From: Paenirhodobacter sp.
GTDB lineage: Bacteria; Pseudomonadota; Alphaproteobacteria; Rhodobacterales; Rhodobacteraceae
Direction of reading: 5' to 3'
Length of the DNA: 64,000 nt
Assembly (NCBI GenBank): GCA_036398515.1
Contig: DASWPI010000080.1
Coordinates: 9,536-73,535, forward strand
In this document: in pieces, positions 22,908 to 31,485 of the stretch
How positions within the stretch are numbered: the first letter of the stretch is position 1
Layout of the letters: every line of letters begins with the position of its first letter
The notes under the pieces: generated by a model
The model's database searches: none
Seen by the model: only the letters and a program-made list of their open reading frames with translations
What the model was told of the DNA's origin: nothing
Made by a program: the position numbers and the translations under genes

Positions 22908-23709
22908 TCCGACCCCCCCGACTGGCCCGCCCCCCTCGGCTCGCCCGATCGTCAGCGACCGGCTTGCCGCCGAGGCGCTGATCATTGACGTCGATGGCTA
23001 CGAAGGGCCGCTGGACCTGTTGCTGTCGCTGTCACGCACGCAAAAGGTCGATCTGCGCAAGATTTCCGTGCTGGAACTGGCCGAGCAATATTTCATCTTC
23101 GTCACCCAGGCCAAGATGCTGCGCATCGAACTGGCGGCGGATTATCTGGTGATGGTGGCATGGCTGGCGTTTTTGAAATCGCGTTTGCTGCTGCCGCCCG
23201 ACCCCACCGCCGAGGGGCCAAGCGCCGAGGATCTGGCCGCCCATCTGGCATTTCAGCTAGAACGGTTGCAGGCGATGCGCGAGGCCGCCGCCAGTCTGAT
23301 GGCCCGCGATCAGCTGGGCCGTGATTTCTTTGCGCGCGGCGATCCGCAGGGCATCGCCCGTGTGCGTGAGACCAATTATGATCTGTCGTTGATGGATCTG
23401 ATGCAGGCCTATGCGCGGCTGCGCACCCGGGATGAATTCCGCCCCTACGCGTTTGACCGAAAGAACCTGTTCACGATGGAACAGGCCTTGGCGCGGTTGC
23501 GGGCTGTTGTGGGCTATGCCGGGGACTGGACTGATCTGTCCAGCTATCTGCCCGAGGGCTGGTCTGAGCCCAAGCGCCGCCGATCCGCCACGGCGGCGAC
23601 CTTCGCCGCCTCGTTGGAACTGGCCAAACAGGGCCAGATCGAGATCCGCCAGCAAGACACATTCGCGCCGATCGCCATCCGCGCCCGCACCACCCCGAGG
23701 GACCCATGA
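22900..23709 (+). CDS. scpA: segregation and condensation protein A
   Basis: Contains FEGPLDLLLSL-like YEGPLDLLLSLSRTQKVDLRKISVLELAEQY. It overlaps the nagZ end and the scpB start. Confidence 0.9.
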   Translation: MVDPTPPTGPPPSARPIVSDRLAAEALIIDVDGYEGPLDLLLSLSRTQKVDLRKISVLELAEQYFIFVTQAKMLRIELAADYLVMVAWLAFLKSRLLLPPDPTAEGPSAEDLAAHLAFQLERLQAMREAAASLMARDQLGRDFFARGDPQGIARVRETNYDLSLMDLMQAYARLRTRDEFRPYAFDRKNLFTMEQALARLRAVVGYAGDWTDLSSYLPEGWSEPKRRRSATAATFAASLELAKQGQIEIRQQDTFAPIAIRARTTPRDP

Positions 23710-24323
23710 CCCAGCCCGGCTTTGACATCCCGTCCCTGGCGGAACAGGAACGCATGGTCGAGGCGATGCTGTTCGCCTCGGCGCAGCCATTGACCCTGCG
23801 CGACATGGCCAAGCGCATGCCGCAGGGTGCCGATGCCGCCGAGGCGCTGGCCCTGTTGCGGCAACGCTATCAGGGGCGCGGGGTGCAGATCGTGCGGGTG
23901 GGCGACGGATGGGCCTATCGCACGGCGCCCGATCTGGGGTTCCTGATGCAGCAGCAGATCGCCGAGCAGAAAAAGCTGTCGCGGGCGGCGGTCGAAACGC
24001 TGGCCATCGTCGCCTATCACCAGCCCGTCACCCGCGCCGAGATAGAGGAAATCCGCGGTGTCGCGGTCTCACGCGGGACGCTGGATCAATTGCTGGAGCT
24101 GGGCTGGATTCGCTTTGGCCGGCGGCGGATGACGCCCGGTCGGCCGCTGACCTTTGTCGTGACCGAGGAATTTCTGGATCAGTTCGGGCTGGAAAGCGCG
24201 CGTGACCTGCCGGGGCTGAAGGAATTGCGTGCGGCCGGGCTGTTGGACAACCGCCCGATGCCCGGTGGATTGCTGGACGAAGATCCCGACGCCAAGGGGC
24301 AGAACGAGATGTTCGAGGAATAA
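23706..24323 (+). CDS. scpB: segregation and condensation protein B
   Basis: Contains EAMLFASAQPLTL, LSRAAVETLAIVAYHQPVTRAEIEEIRGV and GRPLTFVVTEEFL. Confidence 0.9.
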   Translation: MTQPGFDIPSLAEQERMVEAMLFASAQPLTLRDMAKRMPQGADAAEALALLRQRYQGRGVQIVRVGDGWAYRTAPDLGFLMQQQIAEQKKLSRAAVETLAIVAYHQPVTRAEIEEIRGVAVSRGTLDQLLELGWIRFGRRRMTPGRPLTFVVTEEFLDQFGLESARDLPGLKELRAAGLLDNRPMPGGLLDEDPDAKGQNEMFEE

Positions 24324-25394
24324 TCAGCGGAAGTTTTTCGCCAGTTTCAGCCCCTGGCCCTGATAATTCGACGCGATCCCCGCGCCATACAACCGGTCCG
24401 GGCGTTCGGCCATGCGTTCATAGACCAACCGGCCCACCACCTGACCGTGTTCCAGCACAAAGGGTGCCTCGTGGCAGCGCACCTCCAGCACGCCGCGCGA
24501 CCCGATGCCCCCCGCCGCGCTATGCCCAAATCCGGGATCGAAAAACCCGGCATAATGCACCCGGAATTCCCCCACCATCGCCAGAAACGGGGCCATCTCG
24601 GCGGCGTAATCGGGGGGAATGGTCACCGCTTCGCGTGAGACCAGAATATAGAAGGCACCGGGGTCCAGAATGATCCGGCCCTCGGTCGTGTGCAGCTCTT
24701 CCCAGAAATCCGCCGCCGGGTAATGGCCGATCCGGTCGATGTCGATCACCCCGGTATGCGGTTTGGCCCGATACCCCACCAGATCCCCGGTTTCCGGGCG
24801 CAGATCTACGGAAAAGCCCAGTCCCGCATCAATGACCGGCACGCCGGTGACCAGCGGCTCGATCTGGTGCAATGCCCCCAGCTCCGCGTCATCCAGCACG
24901 GCATGGCCCTGACGGAAGCGGATCTGGTTCAGCCGCATGCCGGGGCGCACCAGCACCGAAAAGCTGCGCGGGCAGATCTCGGCGTAGATCGGGCCGTGAT
25001 AGCCCTGCGGGATACGGTCGAATTCGGTGCCGCCATCGGTTATCACCCGGGTCAGCAGATCCAGCCGCCCGGTCGAGCTTTTGGCATTGGCGACGGCGGT
25101 GATACCTTGCGGCAGCGCCAGCGATTCCATCAGCGGCACCAGATAGACGCACCCCTTTTCCAGCACGGCGCCGTTGTGCAGGTCCATCCGGTGCATTTCA
25201 AAATCGGCCAGCTTGTCGGCCACCCGCACCCCGCGTCCGGCCAGAAACGAGGCTCGCACCCGATAGGCAACGGTGCCCAGCCGCAGGTCCAGACTGGCGG
25301 GTTGGATCTGGGCCGCCGTGACCTGTGGTGTGGCCCGGATCTGGGCTTCGGTAATCAACCGGCGGATGGCGCTATCGGGCAAAACTCCGGGCAT
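24324..25394 (-). CDS. dcd: 2'-deoxycytidine 5'-triphosphate deaminase (long form)
   Basis: 356 aa from MPGVLPDSAIRRLI, with tandem dCTP-deaminase/dUTPase-like folds (PASLDLRLG, HYAGFFDPGFG). The ORF-track extension to 25583 runs through a tRNA and is rejected. Confidence 0.8.
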   Translation of the reverse strand: MPGVLPDSAIRRLITEAQIRATPQVTAAQIQPASLDLRLGTVAYRVRASFLAGRGVRVADKLADFEMHRMDLHNGAVLEKGCVYLVPLMESLALPQGITAVANAKSSTGRLDLLTRVITDGGTEFDRIPQGYHGPIYAEICPRSFSVLVRPGMRLNQIRFRQGHAVLDDAELGALHQIEPLVTGVPVIDAGLGFSVDLRPETGDLVGYRAKPHTGVIDIDRIGHYPAADFWEELHTTEGRIILDPGAFYILVSREAVTIPPDYAAEMAPFLAMVGEFRVHYAGFFDPGFGHSAAGGIGSRGVLEVRCHEAPFVLEHGQVVGRLVYERMAERPDRLYGAGIASNYQGQGLKLAKNFR

Positions 25395-25458
25395 TGCGGT
25401 GTCCTCATGATCTGGGCGAATACGCGAACGCCCACCCCGAAGGGTGGGCGTTTCGTAA

Positions 25459-25536
25459 TGGTCGGGCCGGTGAGATTCGAACTCACGACCTTCCGCCCCC
25501 CAGACGGACGCGCTAACCAGGCTGCGCCACGGCCCG
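25459..25536 (-). tRNA. tRNA-Pro (anticodon GGG)
   Basis: Hand-folded cloverleaf: CGGGCCG-TG-GCGC-AGCCTGGTTA-GCGC-G-TCCGT-CTGGGGG-GCGGA-AGGTC-GTGAG-TTCGAAT-CTCAC-CGGCCCG-A-CCA. The CCA end is encoded. Confidence 0.9.
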
Positions 25537-25631
25537 ACACGAGGCGCATATAGAGGCATCATGGCGCTGGACGCAAGCGGCAAAACGCAACTTTTCGCGC
25601 TGGCATGATGCCCCCGTCACCGATGAGGGGA

Positions 25632-26240
25632 TCAGCGTTGCACGGCCCCTGCCGGGGCGGACATCCGGTCGCGCAGCGCGATCATCCGGTCGCGCAATGC
25701 CAGCAGGCGAATCCGCTCGACCGTGCTGAAATCGCCGGGGTTCAGCCCTTGCAATGCGGCCTGCAATTGCTGCAAAGGGGCAACCGGGACGGCGGTGTCG
25801 GCCACAGGGGATATGACGGCGAAGGCGACGATTTCCGCCCTGATCGGGTCAGGTTCGGCGATGGCAAACGGTGCTTCGGGCACAATTTCCTCAACCGGTG
25901 TTATGACCTGCGCCGCCTCGGGCGGCGAGGGGAAAGTGTAGATCTGTGCCGGGGGCGCATCCTCGAAGGCGATTGTCGCGCGTGCGGCCACCGCAGAGGT
26001 GCCCTGCTCCTTCAGGATTTTCTGCACACCCCGAATGGTCAGCCCGTCTTCATGCAGCAATTGCTTGATTCCGGCCAGTAACGCGACATCGCCCGGGCGG
26101 TAATAGCGCCGCCCACCGGCACGCTTCAACGGCTTCACCTGGGGAAAGCGGCTCTCCCAGAAACGCAGGACGTGGGTGGGCGTGTCCAGCAGCAGAGAAA
26201 CTTCGGAAATCGTGCGGAATGCATCAGCAGATTTCGTCAT
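25632..26240 (-). CDS. MerR family transcriptional regulator (ihfA-linked)
   Basis: The N-terminal HTH reads [45 protein letters not shown]. It lies downstream of ihfA, as is common in alphaproteobacteria. Confidence 0.8.
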   Translation of the reverse strand: MTKSADAFRTISEVSLLLDTPTHVLRFWESRFPQVKPLKRAGGRRYYRPGDVALLAGIKQLLHEDGLTIRGVQKILKEQGTSAVAARATIAFEDAPPAQIYTFPSPPEAAQVITPVEEIVPEAPFAIAEPDPIRAEIVAFAVISPVADTAVPVAPLQQLQAALQGLNPGDFSTVERIRLLALRDRMIALRDRMSAPAGAVQR

Positions 26241-26354
26241 GGCGACGATCCCGTTCCATTATTCCGGCCGGACCTGGTGTTCGGGCCTGTTCTGTCATGC
26301 GGGCAGATATCGCGTCGCGAACGCCTGTCCCGCTGGTCGATGCCTGCAGCAGGA

Positions 26355-26657
26355 TCAGCGGTCGTTTCCGACCGCAACGCGATCCTTCATCAGATGCGAG
26401 GGGCGGAAGGACAGCACCCGACGCGGCGAGATCGGCACCTCTTCCCCCGTTTTCGGATTGCGTCCCATGCGCGAAGATTTTTCGCGCACCGAAAATGTCC
26501 CGAAGGAAGAAATCTTCACTGTCTCGCCACGCACCAGCGCGTCGGACATGTATTGCAGCACGCTTTCGACCAGTTGTGCGGATTCATTGCGCGACAGGCC
26601 GACCTCACGGAACACGGCTTCGCTAAGGTCCATACGGGTCAGGGTCTTGTCGGACAT
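26355..26657 (-). CDS. ihfA: integration host factor subunit alpha
   Basis: 100 aa starting [15 protein letters not shown], with GFGTF-type [32 protein letters not shown]. Confidence 0.95.
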   Translation of the reverse strand: MSDKTLTRMDLSEAVFREVGLSRNESAQLVESVLQYMSDALVRGETVKISSFGTFSVREKSSRMGRNPKTGEEVPISPRRVLSFRPSHLMKDRVAVGNDR

Positions 26658-26762
26658 GTCATTCTCCGGGTATGGTTTGCCCTACGATGCGGGCAATGAA
26701 ATCCCGAGTCAATATCAATGACTTGCGTGCGGGGTCTGGAACCACCTGCAAAGCGCGCCTGC

Positions 26763-27737
26763 CTACCAGCGCAGCACAACCGAACCCCAGGACAGCCCGC
26801 CGCCGATGGCCTCGGTCACCACGACATCGCCGGGGCGAATCTGGCCGCGTTCCTTGCCGACAGACAGGGCCAGCGGAATCGATGCGGCCGAAGTATTGCC
26901 GTGGTCCTGCACGGTCAGGATGACGTGGTCCAGCGGTAGCCCCATCCGTTCCGCCGTGGCCGAAATGATCCGCAGATTCGCCTGATGCGGCACGATCCAG
27001 GTGACGTCGGCAACACTCAGCCCGGATTTGTCCAGCGCCGCATGGGCGGTTTCCGCCAGCTTGATCACCGCGTGTTTGAATACCGCGTTGCCCTGCATCC
27101 GCAGATGTCCGGCCTGACCGGTGGTCGAAACCCCGCCGTCGACATACAGCAGATCACGGTATCGGCCATCGGAATGCAGATCGACGCCCAGAATCCCACG
27201 ATCCGCGGGGGTGCCCGCCTCTTCGACGGCTTCCAGGATCACCGCACCGGCACCATCGCCGAACAGCACGCAGGTTGCGCGGTCGGACCAGTCCATGATC
27301 CGCGAGAATGTCTCGGCGCCGATCACCAGCACCCGTTTCGCCTGACCCGATAGAATCATTCCATTGGCATTGGCCAGCGCAAAGACGAACCCGGCGCAGA
27401 CCGCCTGCACGTCATAGGCGAAGCCCGAGGTGGTGCCCAATCCGGCCTGCACCATCGTGGCGACCGAAGGGAAGGTGTAATCCGGCGTCGAGGTGGCGAC
27501 GACGATGGCATCCATCTGATCCGCCACCATGCCCGCATCGGTCAGTGCCGCCTGCGCCGCCCGGATCGCCAGTTGCGAGGTCGTTTCGCCCTCGGCGGCA
27601 AAATGGCGTCGCTCGATCCCGGTGCGCGACCGTATCCAGTCGTCCGTGGTATCCAGCGTCTGTTCAAATTCAGCGTTTTCAACGATGCGCTCGGGCAGAT
27701 AATGGCCGACGCCGCGAACCACGGCTCTTGTTGTCAT
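26763..27737 (-). CDS. fabH: beta-ketoacyl-ACP synthase III
   Basis: 324 aa with AVCAGFVFAL (active Cys), VPHQANLRII and GGGLSWGS. Confidence 0.95.
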   Translation of the reverse strand: MTTRAVVRGVGHYLPERIVENAEFEQTLDTTDDWIRSRTGIERRHFAAEGETTSQLAIRAAQAALTDAGMVADQMDAIVVATSTPDYTFPSVATMVQAGLGTTSGFAYDVQAVCAGFVFALANANGMILSGQAKRVLVIGAETFSRIMDWSDRATCVLFGDGAGAVILEAVEEAGTPADRGILGVDLHSDGRYRDLLYVDGGVSTTGQAGHLRMQGNAVFKHAVIKLAETAHAALDKSGLSVADVTWIVPHQANLRIISATAERMGLPLDHVILTVQDHGNTSAASIPLALSVGKERGQIRPGDVVVTEAIGGGLSWGSVVLRW

Positions 27738-28897
27738 TTTGCGGACTCGTTGCTGGCCTGTTCAGAGGGCGCATCCTGCCCCGCCGCGATGGCAGAGGCA
27801 ACCCGTGCCGCCAGCCTTTCGGCAAAGCCGGATTTCGCCAGACGCGCCGCCAGTTCGATGGCGGCGGCAACACCGGTTGCATCGGCGCTGCCATGTGATT
27901 TGATGACCGTGCCGTTCAGCCCCAGAAACACCCCGCCATTGGCGCGGCGCGGGTCAATCCGGGCACTTAACCGCTTCAGCGCGGCCATTGCCAGCATCGC
28001 GCCCAGCTTGGCGGTCCATGAGGAGGTCAGCGCCTCTTTCAGCAGGCGCGACGCCATTTTGGCCGTACCCTCGCCGGTTTTCAGCGCGACATTGCCGGTG
28101 AAGCCATCGGTCACGATCACGTCAACGCGTTCCGATGGCAGGTCCGAACCTTCGACAAAGCCGACGAATTCATAACCGCCCCGTTCCTGCGCCGCGGTGA
28201 TCAGCTCATGCGCGGCGCGCAGCTCGGCATTGCCCTTGTGTTCTTCGGTCCCGACATTCAGCAACCCGACGCGGGGACGTTGCAGCCCAAGCGCGTTGCG
28301 CGCATAGGAAGACCCCATCAGTGCATAGGTCAGCAGATCGGGGGCATCGGCCTTGACGTCGGCCCCCATGTCCAGCATCACGTTCCACCCCGTCGCATTG
28401 AACGACGGCCAGAACGAGGCGATGGCCGGACGCGTGACCCCGGGCAGCTTGCGCAACCGCAGCATCGAAATCGCCATCAGGGCGCCGGTATTGCCACAGG
28501 ACACCGCAACATCGGCGCGATGGTCGCGCACGGCCTCGACCGTTGCCCACATCGAGGTGTCCGAGCCGCGCCGCATCACCTGCGCGGGCTTGTCATGCAT
28601 GGTCACCACGGCCTGCGCATGCACCAGCGTGCAGGCGGCCCCGATGCCATATTGGGCAATCAGAGGTGTTATTTCGTCTTCGCGCCCGTTCAGGATGAAC
28701 CGCAGATCGGGATTGCGTTTCAGCGCGATTGAAACACCTTCGACGACGGCCGAGGGGCCCCGGTCGCCGCCCATGGCATCAACGGATACGACCACGGCCC
28801 CGGAACGTTTCGGGGGCGTGGTCGTCAATTTACGGACCTGCAAAGGCGCGGTGTCGGTCTGGCCCTCGGCCTGCGTCTGTTCCTGCTCAGGCAGCAT
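27734..28897 (-). CDS. plsX: phosphate acyltransferase PlsX
   Basis: Contains VSVDAMGGDRGP, GFVEGSDL, TDGFTGNVALKT and GTVIKSHGSAD. The start is uncertain: the ATG at 28897 is the first after the rpmF stop, and an internal TTG is possible. Confidence 0.88.
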   Translation of the reverse strand: MLPEQEQTQAEGQTDTAPLQVRKLTTTPPKRSGAVVVSVDAMGGDRGPSAVVEGVSIALKRNPDLRFILNGREDEITPLIAQYGIGAACTLVHAQAVVTMHDKPAQVMRRGSDTSMWATVEAVRDHRADVAVSCGNTGALMAISMLRLRKLPGVTRPAIASFWPSFNATGWNVMLDMGADVKADAPDLLTYALMGSSYARNALGLQRPRVGLLNVGTEEHKGNAELRAAHELITAAQERGGYEFVGFVEGSDLPSERVDVIVTDGFTGNVALKTGEGTAKMASRLLKEALTSSWTAKLGAMLAMAALKRLSARIDPRRANGGVFLGLNGTVIKSHGSADATGVAAAIELAARLAKSGFAERLAARVASAIAAGQDAPSEQASNESAK

Positions 28898-28925
28898 CGT
28901 CGGCGGCGTCCGGGGCGCGACGGGC

Positions 28926-29132
28926 TTACGCCGCGTCGTCGTCCAGATCGGCCTCAGCCGCTTTCGCCACCACTTCACGGTCATCGTAATGACCGCAAGC
29001 GCCACAGACGTGGTGCGGGCGTTTCAGCTCACCACAGTTCGGGCATTCGGCCGGGTTGGCGGCAACCAATGCGTCATGCGCGCGGCGCATGTTACGACGA
29101 GAGCGCGTTACTCGGTTCTGTGGGACAGCCAT
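28926..29132 (-). CDS. rpmF: 50S ribosomal protein L32
   Basis: Reads [19 protein letters not shown], with a CPNCG...CGACG zinc ribbon. Confidence 0.97.
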   Translation of the reverse strand: MAVPQNRVTRSRRNMRRAHDALVAANPAECPNCGELKRPHHVCGACGHYDDREVVAKAAEADLDDDAA

Positions 29133-29327
29133 GTCTAAACCTCAAGTTTTGATGGGCCGCGGCCCTGATTTACTGGAGTTTCGTCACTGGCGCCAAGCGG
29201 GCGAACCGGGTGCGAACCCAAACATCGAATGAGGCCGGGAACATAGTGGGATTCCCGCTGGTTGCAAGTCCTTTCTTGCCGTGCCTGAATGCTTCGGGTC
29301 TAGCCGCCGCAAGTATCTAAAAACATG

Positions 29328-29903
29328 TCAGTTTTCAGGGTCGTTACGGTCTTTGCGCTGCCCCATCAGGTCACGCAGGCCCGCAAAGGGGTGGATGTCT
29401 TCGTCACTCAACGGGGCGATTCCGGGTTGGGCAAAGACCTGCGCGCCCATCTCGGCGCCATCGGCGCGCGGGTATTGCGGCAGGGCCAGTTCCAGCGCCT
29501 CCAGCGCCACTGCGGCCAGATCGACCGTGGCGGGCAGCGCCTCGGCGGTGTCGTCTTCGGGCATTTCCACCTCTTCTCCCTCTGGCACCGGCATGTCGGC
29601 CAGATAACGGCGGGTGACCGTTTCGCGCAGTTCCGTGCGCACAGGAGCCAGGGTCACCACGCAGGGCTGTTCCACCCGTGCGTCCAGTTCGGCGTCCAAT
29701 ACCCAATCGCTGCGGCCCCGTGGCGTCAGCGTGCCGCGGAACCGCAAGGCGGGCACGGCGGTGATTCCGGCCCAGACCGCCACGGCGGCGCGGGTGGCGG
29801 CATCGGGTTTCAGGTCGAACCGGGTGGGTTTGCGCGCGCCCAGATCGGCGATGCGGATCGGGTGTGCCCAGGGCGGGGGGGCGTTCAGCGGCAGCTCGGA
29901 CAT
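29328..29903 (-). CDS. yceD: YceD/DUF177 family protein (large-subunit rRNA/ribosome accumulation factor)
   Basis: 191 aa from MSELPLNAPPPWAHPIRIADL. It sits upstream of rpmF-plsX-fabH as in most bacteria and has an acidic C-terminal half. Confidence 0.8.
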   Translation of the reverse strand: MSELPLNAPPPWAHPIRIADLGARKPTRFDLKPDAATRAAVAVWAGITAVPALRFRGTLTPRGRSDWVLDAELDARVEQPCVVTLAPVRTELRETVTRRYLADMPVPEGEEVEMPEDDTAEALPATVDLAAVALEALELALPQYPRADGAEMGAQVFAQPGIAPLSDEDIHPFAGLRDLMGQRKDRNDPEN

Positions 29904-30026
29904 CGGGGGCCTTTCAAAAGGGGTGGATCGGCCGACCGGTGCATGGTGCTGGCGCATGGTGCTTGAGGGTCGGGCCTTGTTGTTGTAATCGGGATAAAAG
30001 GCCACAGGCCGTGAGGCAAGAGGGGG

Positions 30027-30512
30027 ATGCAGGTGAGCACCGGAACCGTGACGCGGAAGCGGCGCGCCGCGCAGGCGGTGATGCTTGTGGTTGCCCTGTT
30101 CGTGGCAGGCTGTCAGGCGATCTATCGCGATCATGGCTATGTGCCGACCGAACGGGAACTGGCGCAGGTCGTCGTGGGCAAAAGCACCCGCGAAGATGTG
30201 GCCACGGCCATTGGCCGGCCGTCGTCGACCGGCGTACTGGAAGGGTCGGGCTGGTATTACGTCGGCTCGCGCTGGCGCCACTTCGGCCCGCGGGCACCGC
30301 AGGAAATCGACCGTCAGGTCGTGGCCGTCAGCTTTGGCGCCAATGGCATGGTCTCGAATGTGGAACGCTATGGCCTGGACAAGGGTGAGGTCGTGGTGCT
30401 GTCGCGGCGCGTGACCGAATCGAATATCAAGGGCGTCAGCGTCATCGGTCAGTTGCTGGGCAACATCGGCCGGATGAACGCCAGCCAATTGGTGGATTCG
30501 CCGCGTAATTGA
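30027..30512 (+). CDS. bamE: outer membrane protein assembly factor BamE (SmpA/OmlA lipoprotein)
   Basis: Signal peptide with lipobox LFVAGC, then HGYVPTERELAQVVVGKSTREDVATAIGRPS, which resembles the BamE fold. Confidence 0.8.
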   Translation: MQVSTGTVTRKRRAAQAVMLVVALFVAGCQAIYRDHGYVPTERELAQVVVGKSTREDVATAIGRPSSTGVLEGSGWYYVGSRWRHFGPRAPQEIDRQVVAVSFGANGMVSNVERYGLDKGEVVVLSRRVTESNIKGVSVIGQLLGNIGRMNASQLVDSPRN

Positions 30513-30641
30513 TATTTTGCACCCCGCACCTGACCGTGCCGGGGCGTTTGCAACAAAACCCGCCGCGTCGCAGCGGTTTCACGTTTGTCGGCTATCATAC
30601 CTGCCGTATGTTGCACCGGGGTAGCCGGTTCGGAGACGGGA

Positions 30642-31397
30642 ATGTTTGCGCTGGCAAGGGGCCGCTATGCGGCGCGTTTCGCAACGAACGAAGCCGATCT
30701 GCGCGCCGCGCAGATGTTGCGCTGGCGCAGTTTCATTGGCCGGCATCGTGACGATGAGGCGGCAGATCACCGCGATGCCGATGCCTTTGACGCGATGTGC
30801 CGGCATGTTCTGGTCGAGGATGTCGCGTCGGGGCGGCTGGTCTGTTGCTTCCGCATCCTGAACCTGCGCGACGGGGCGGATATCGGCCGCAGTTATTCCG
30901 CACAATTCTATGAGCTGTCGGCGCTGCGCGGATATCGCGGGCGGATGGTGGAAATGGGGCGGTTCTGTCTGGACCCTGATATGCATGACCCCGATATCCT
31001 GCGCGTGGCATGGGCGGCGATGACGCGCTTTGTGGATGAGGAGGGGGTCGAGCTGCTGTTTGGTTGCTCGTCCTTCACCGGCACGGCGTGGCAGAATTAC
31101 GCGGATGCGTTCGCGCTGCTGGCGGATCGGCATCTGGCGCCGCCGCGCTGGTTGCCACGGATCAAGGCGCCGCGTGTGGTGCGCTATGTGCGGGCGCTGG
31201 CCGGGCGTGTAGGGGACCCGCAAAAGGCGATGCGGGAAATGCCGCCATTGCTGCGCAGCTACCTTCTGATGGGGGGGTGGGTCAGCGATCATGCGGTGAT
31301 CGACCCGGATCTGAACACGCTGCATGTGTTTACCGGGCTGGAAATCCGGTCGATTCCGCCGGGGCGGGCGCGGGCCTTGCGGATGGTTGCCGGATAG
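30642..31397 (+). CDS. GNAT family N-acyltransferase (OlsB / hemolysin-like lyso-ornithine-lipid synthase family)
   Basis: 251 aa starting MFALARGRYAARFATNEADLRAAQMLRWRSF, with EMGRFCLDP and LLRSYLLMGGWV as I recall for the OlsB-type Acetyltransf_5 family. The RBS is GGAGACGGG. Confidence 0.7.
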   Translation: MFALARGRYAARFATNEADLRAAQMLRWRSFIGRHRDDEAADHRDADAFDAMCRHVLVEDVASGRLVCCFRILNLRDGADIGRSYSAQFYELSALRGYRGRMVEMGRFCLDPDMHDPDILRVAWAAMTRFVDEEGVELLFGCSSFTGTAWQNYADAFALLADRHLAPPRWLPRIKAPRVVRYVRALAGRVGDPQKAMREMPPLLRSYLLMGGWVSDHAVIDPDLNTLHVFTGLEIRSIPPGRARALRMVAG

Positions 31398-31485
31398 GGC
31401 GGGCCGCGCATGATGCGTCAGGAAAACAGGGGCGGACCGCGCGGGACCGTTGACGTTTGGCTGACGCCCCTGTAGCCCGGCTGGC

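Noticed and set aside
25459-25536. tRNA-Pro as a possible genomic-island integration site
   Set aside because: Conserved core genes flank it on both sides (dcd-like, merR/ihfA). I saw no integrase, no direct repeat of the tRNA 3' end and no compositional shift.
25395-25583. N-terminal extension of the dcd ORF suggested by the ORF track
   Set aside because: The extension reads straight through tRNA-Pro (25459-25536). The ATG at 25394 gives a normal-length protein.
29904-30488. 5' extension of the yceD ORF to 386 aa, overlapping bamE on the other strand
   Set aside because: The extension is low-complexity and overlaps a credible lipoprotein gene. The conserved DUF177 protein starts at MSELPLN (29903).
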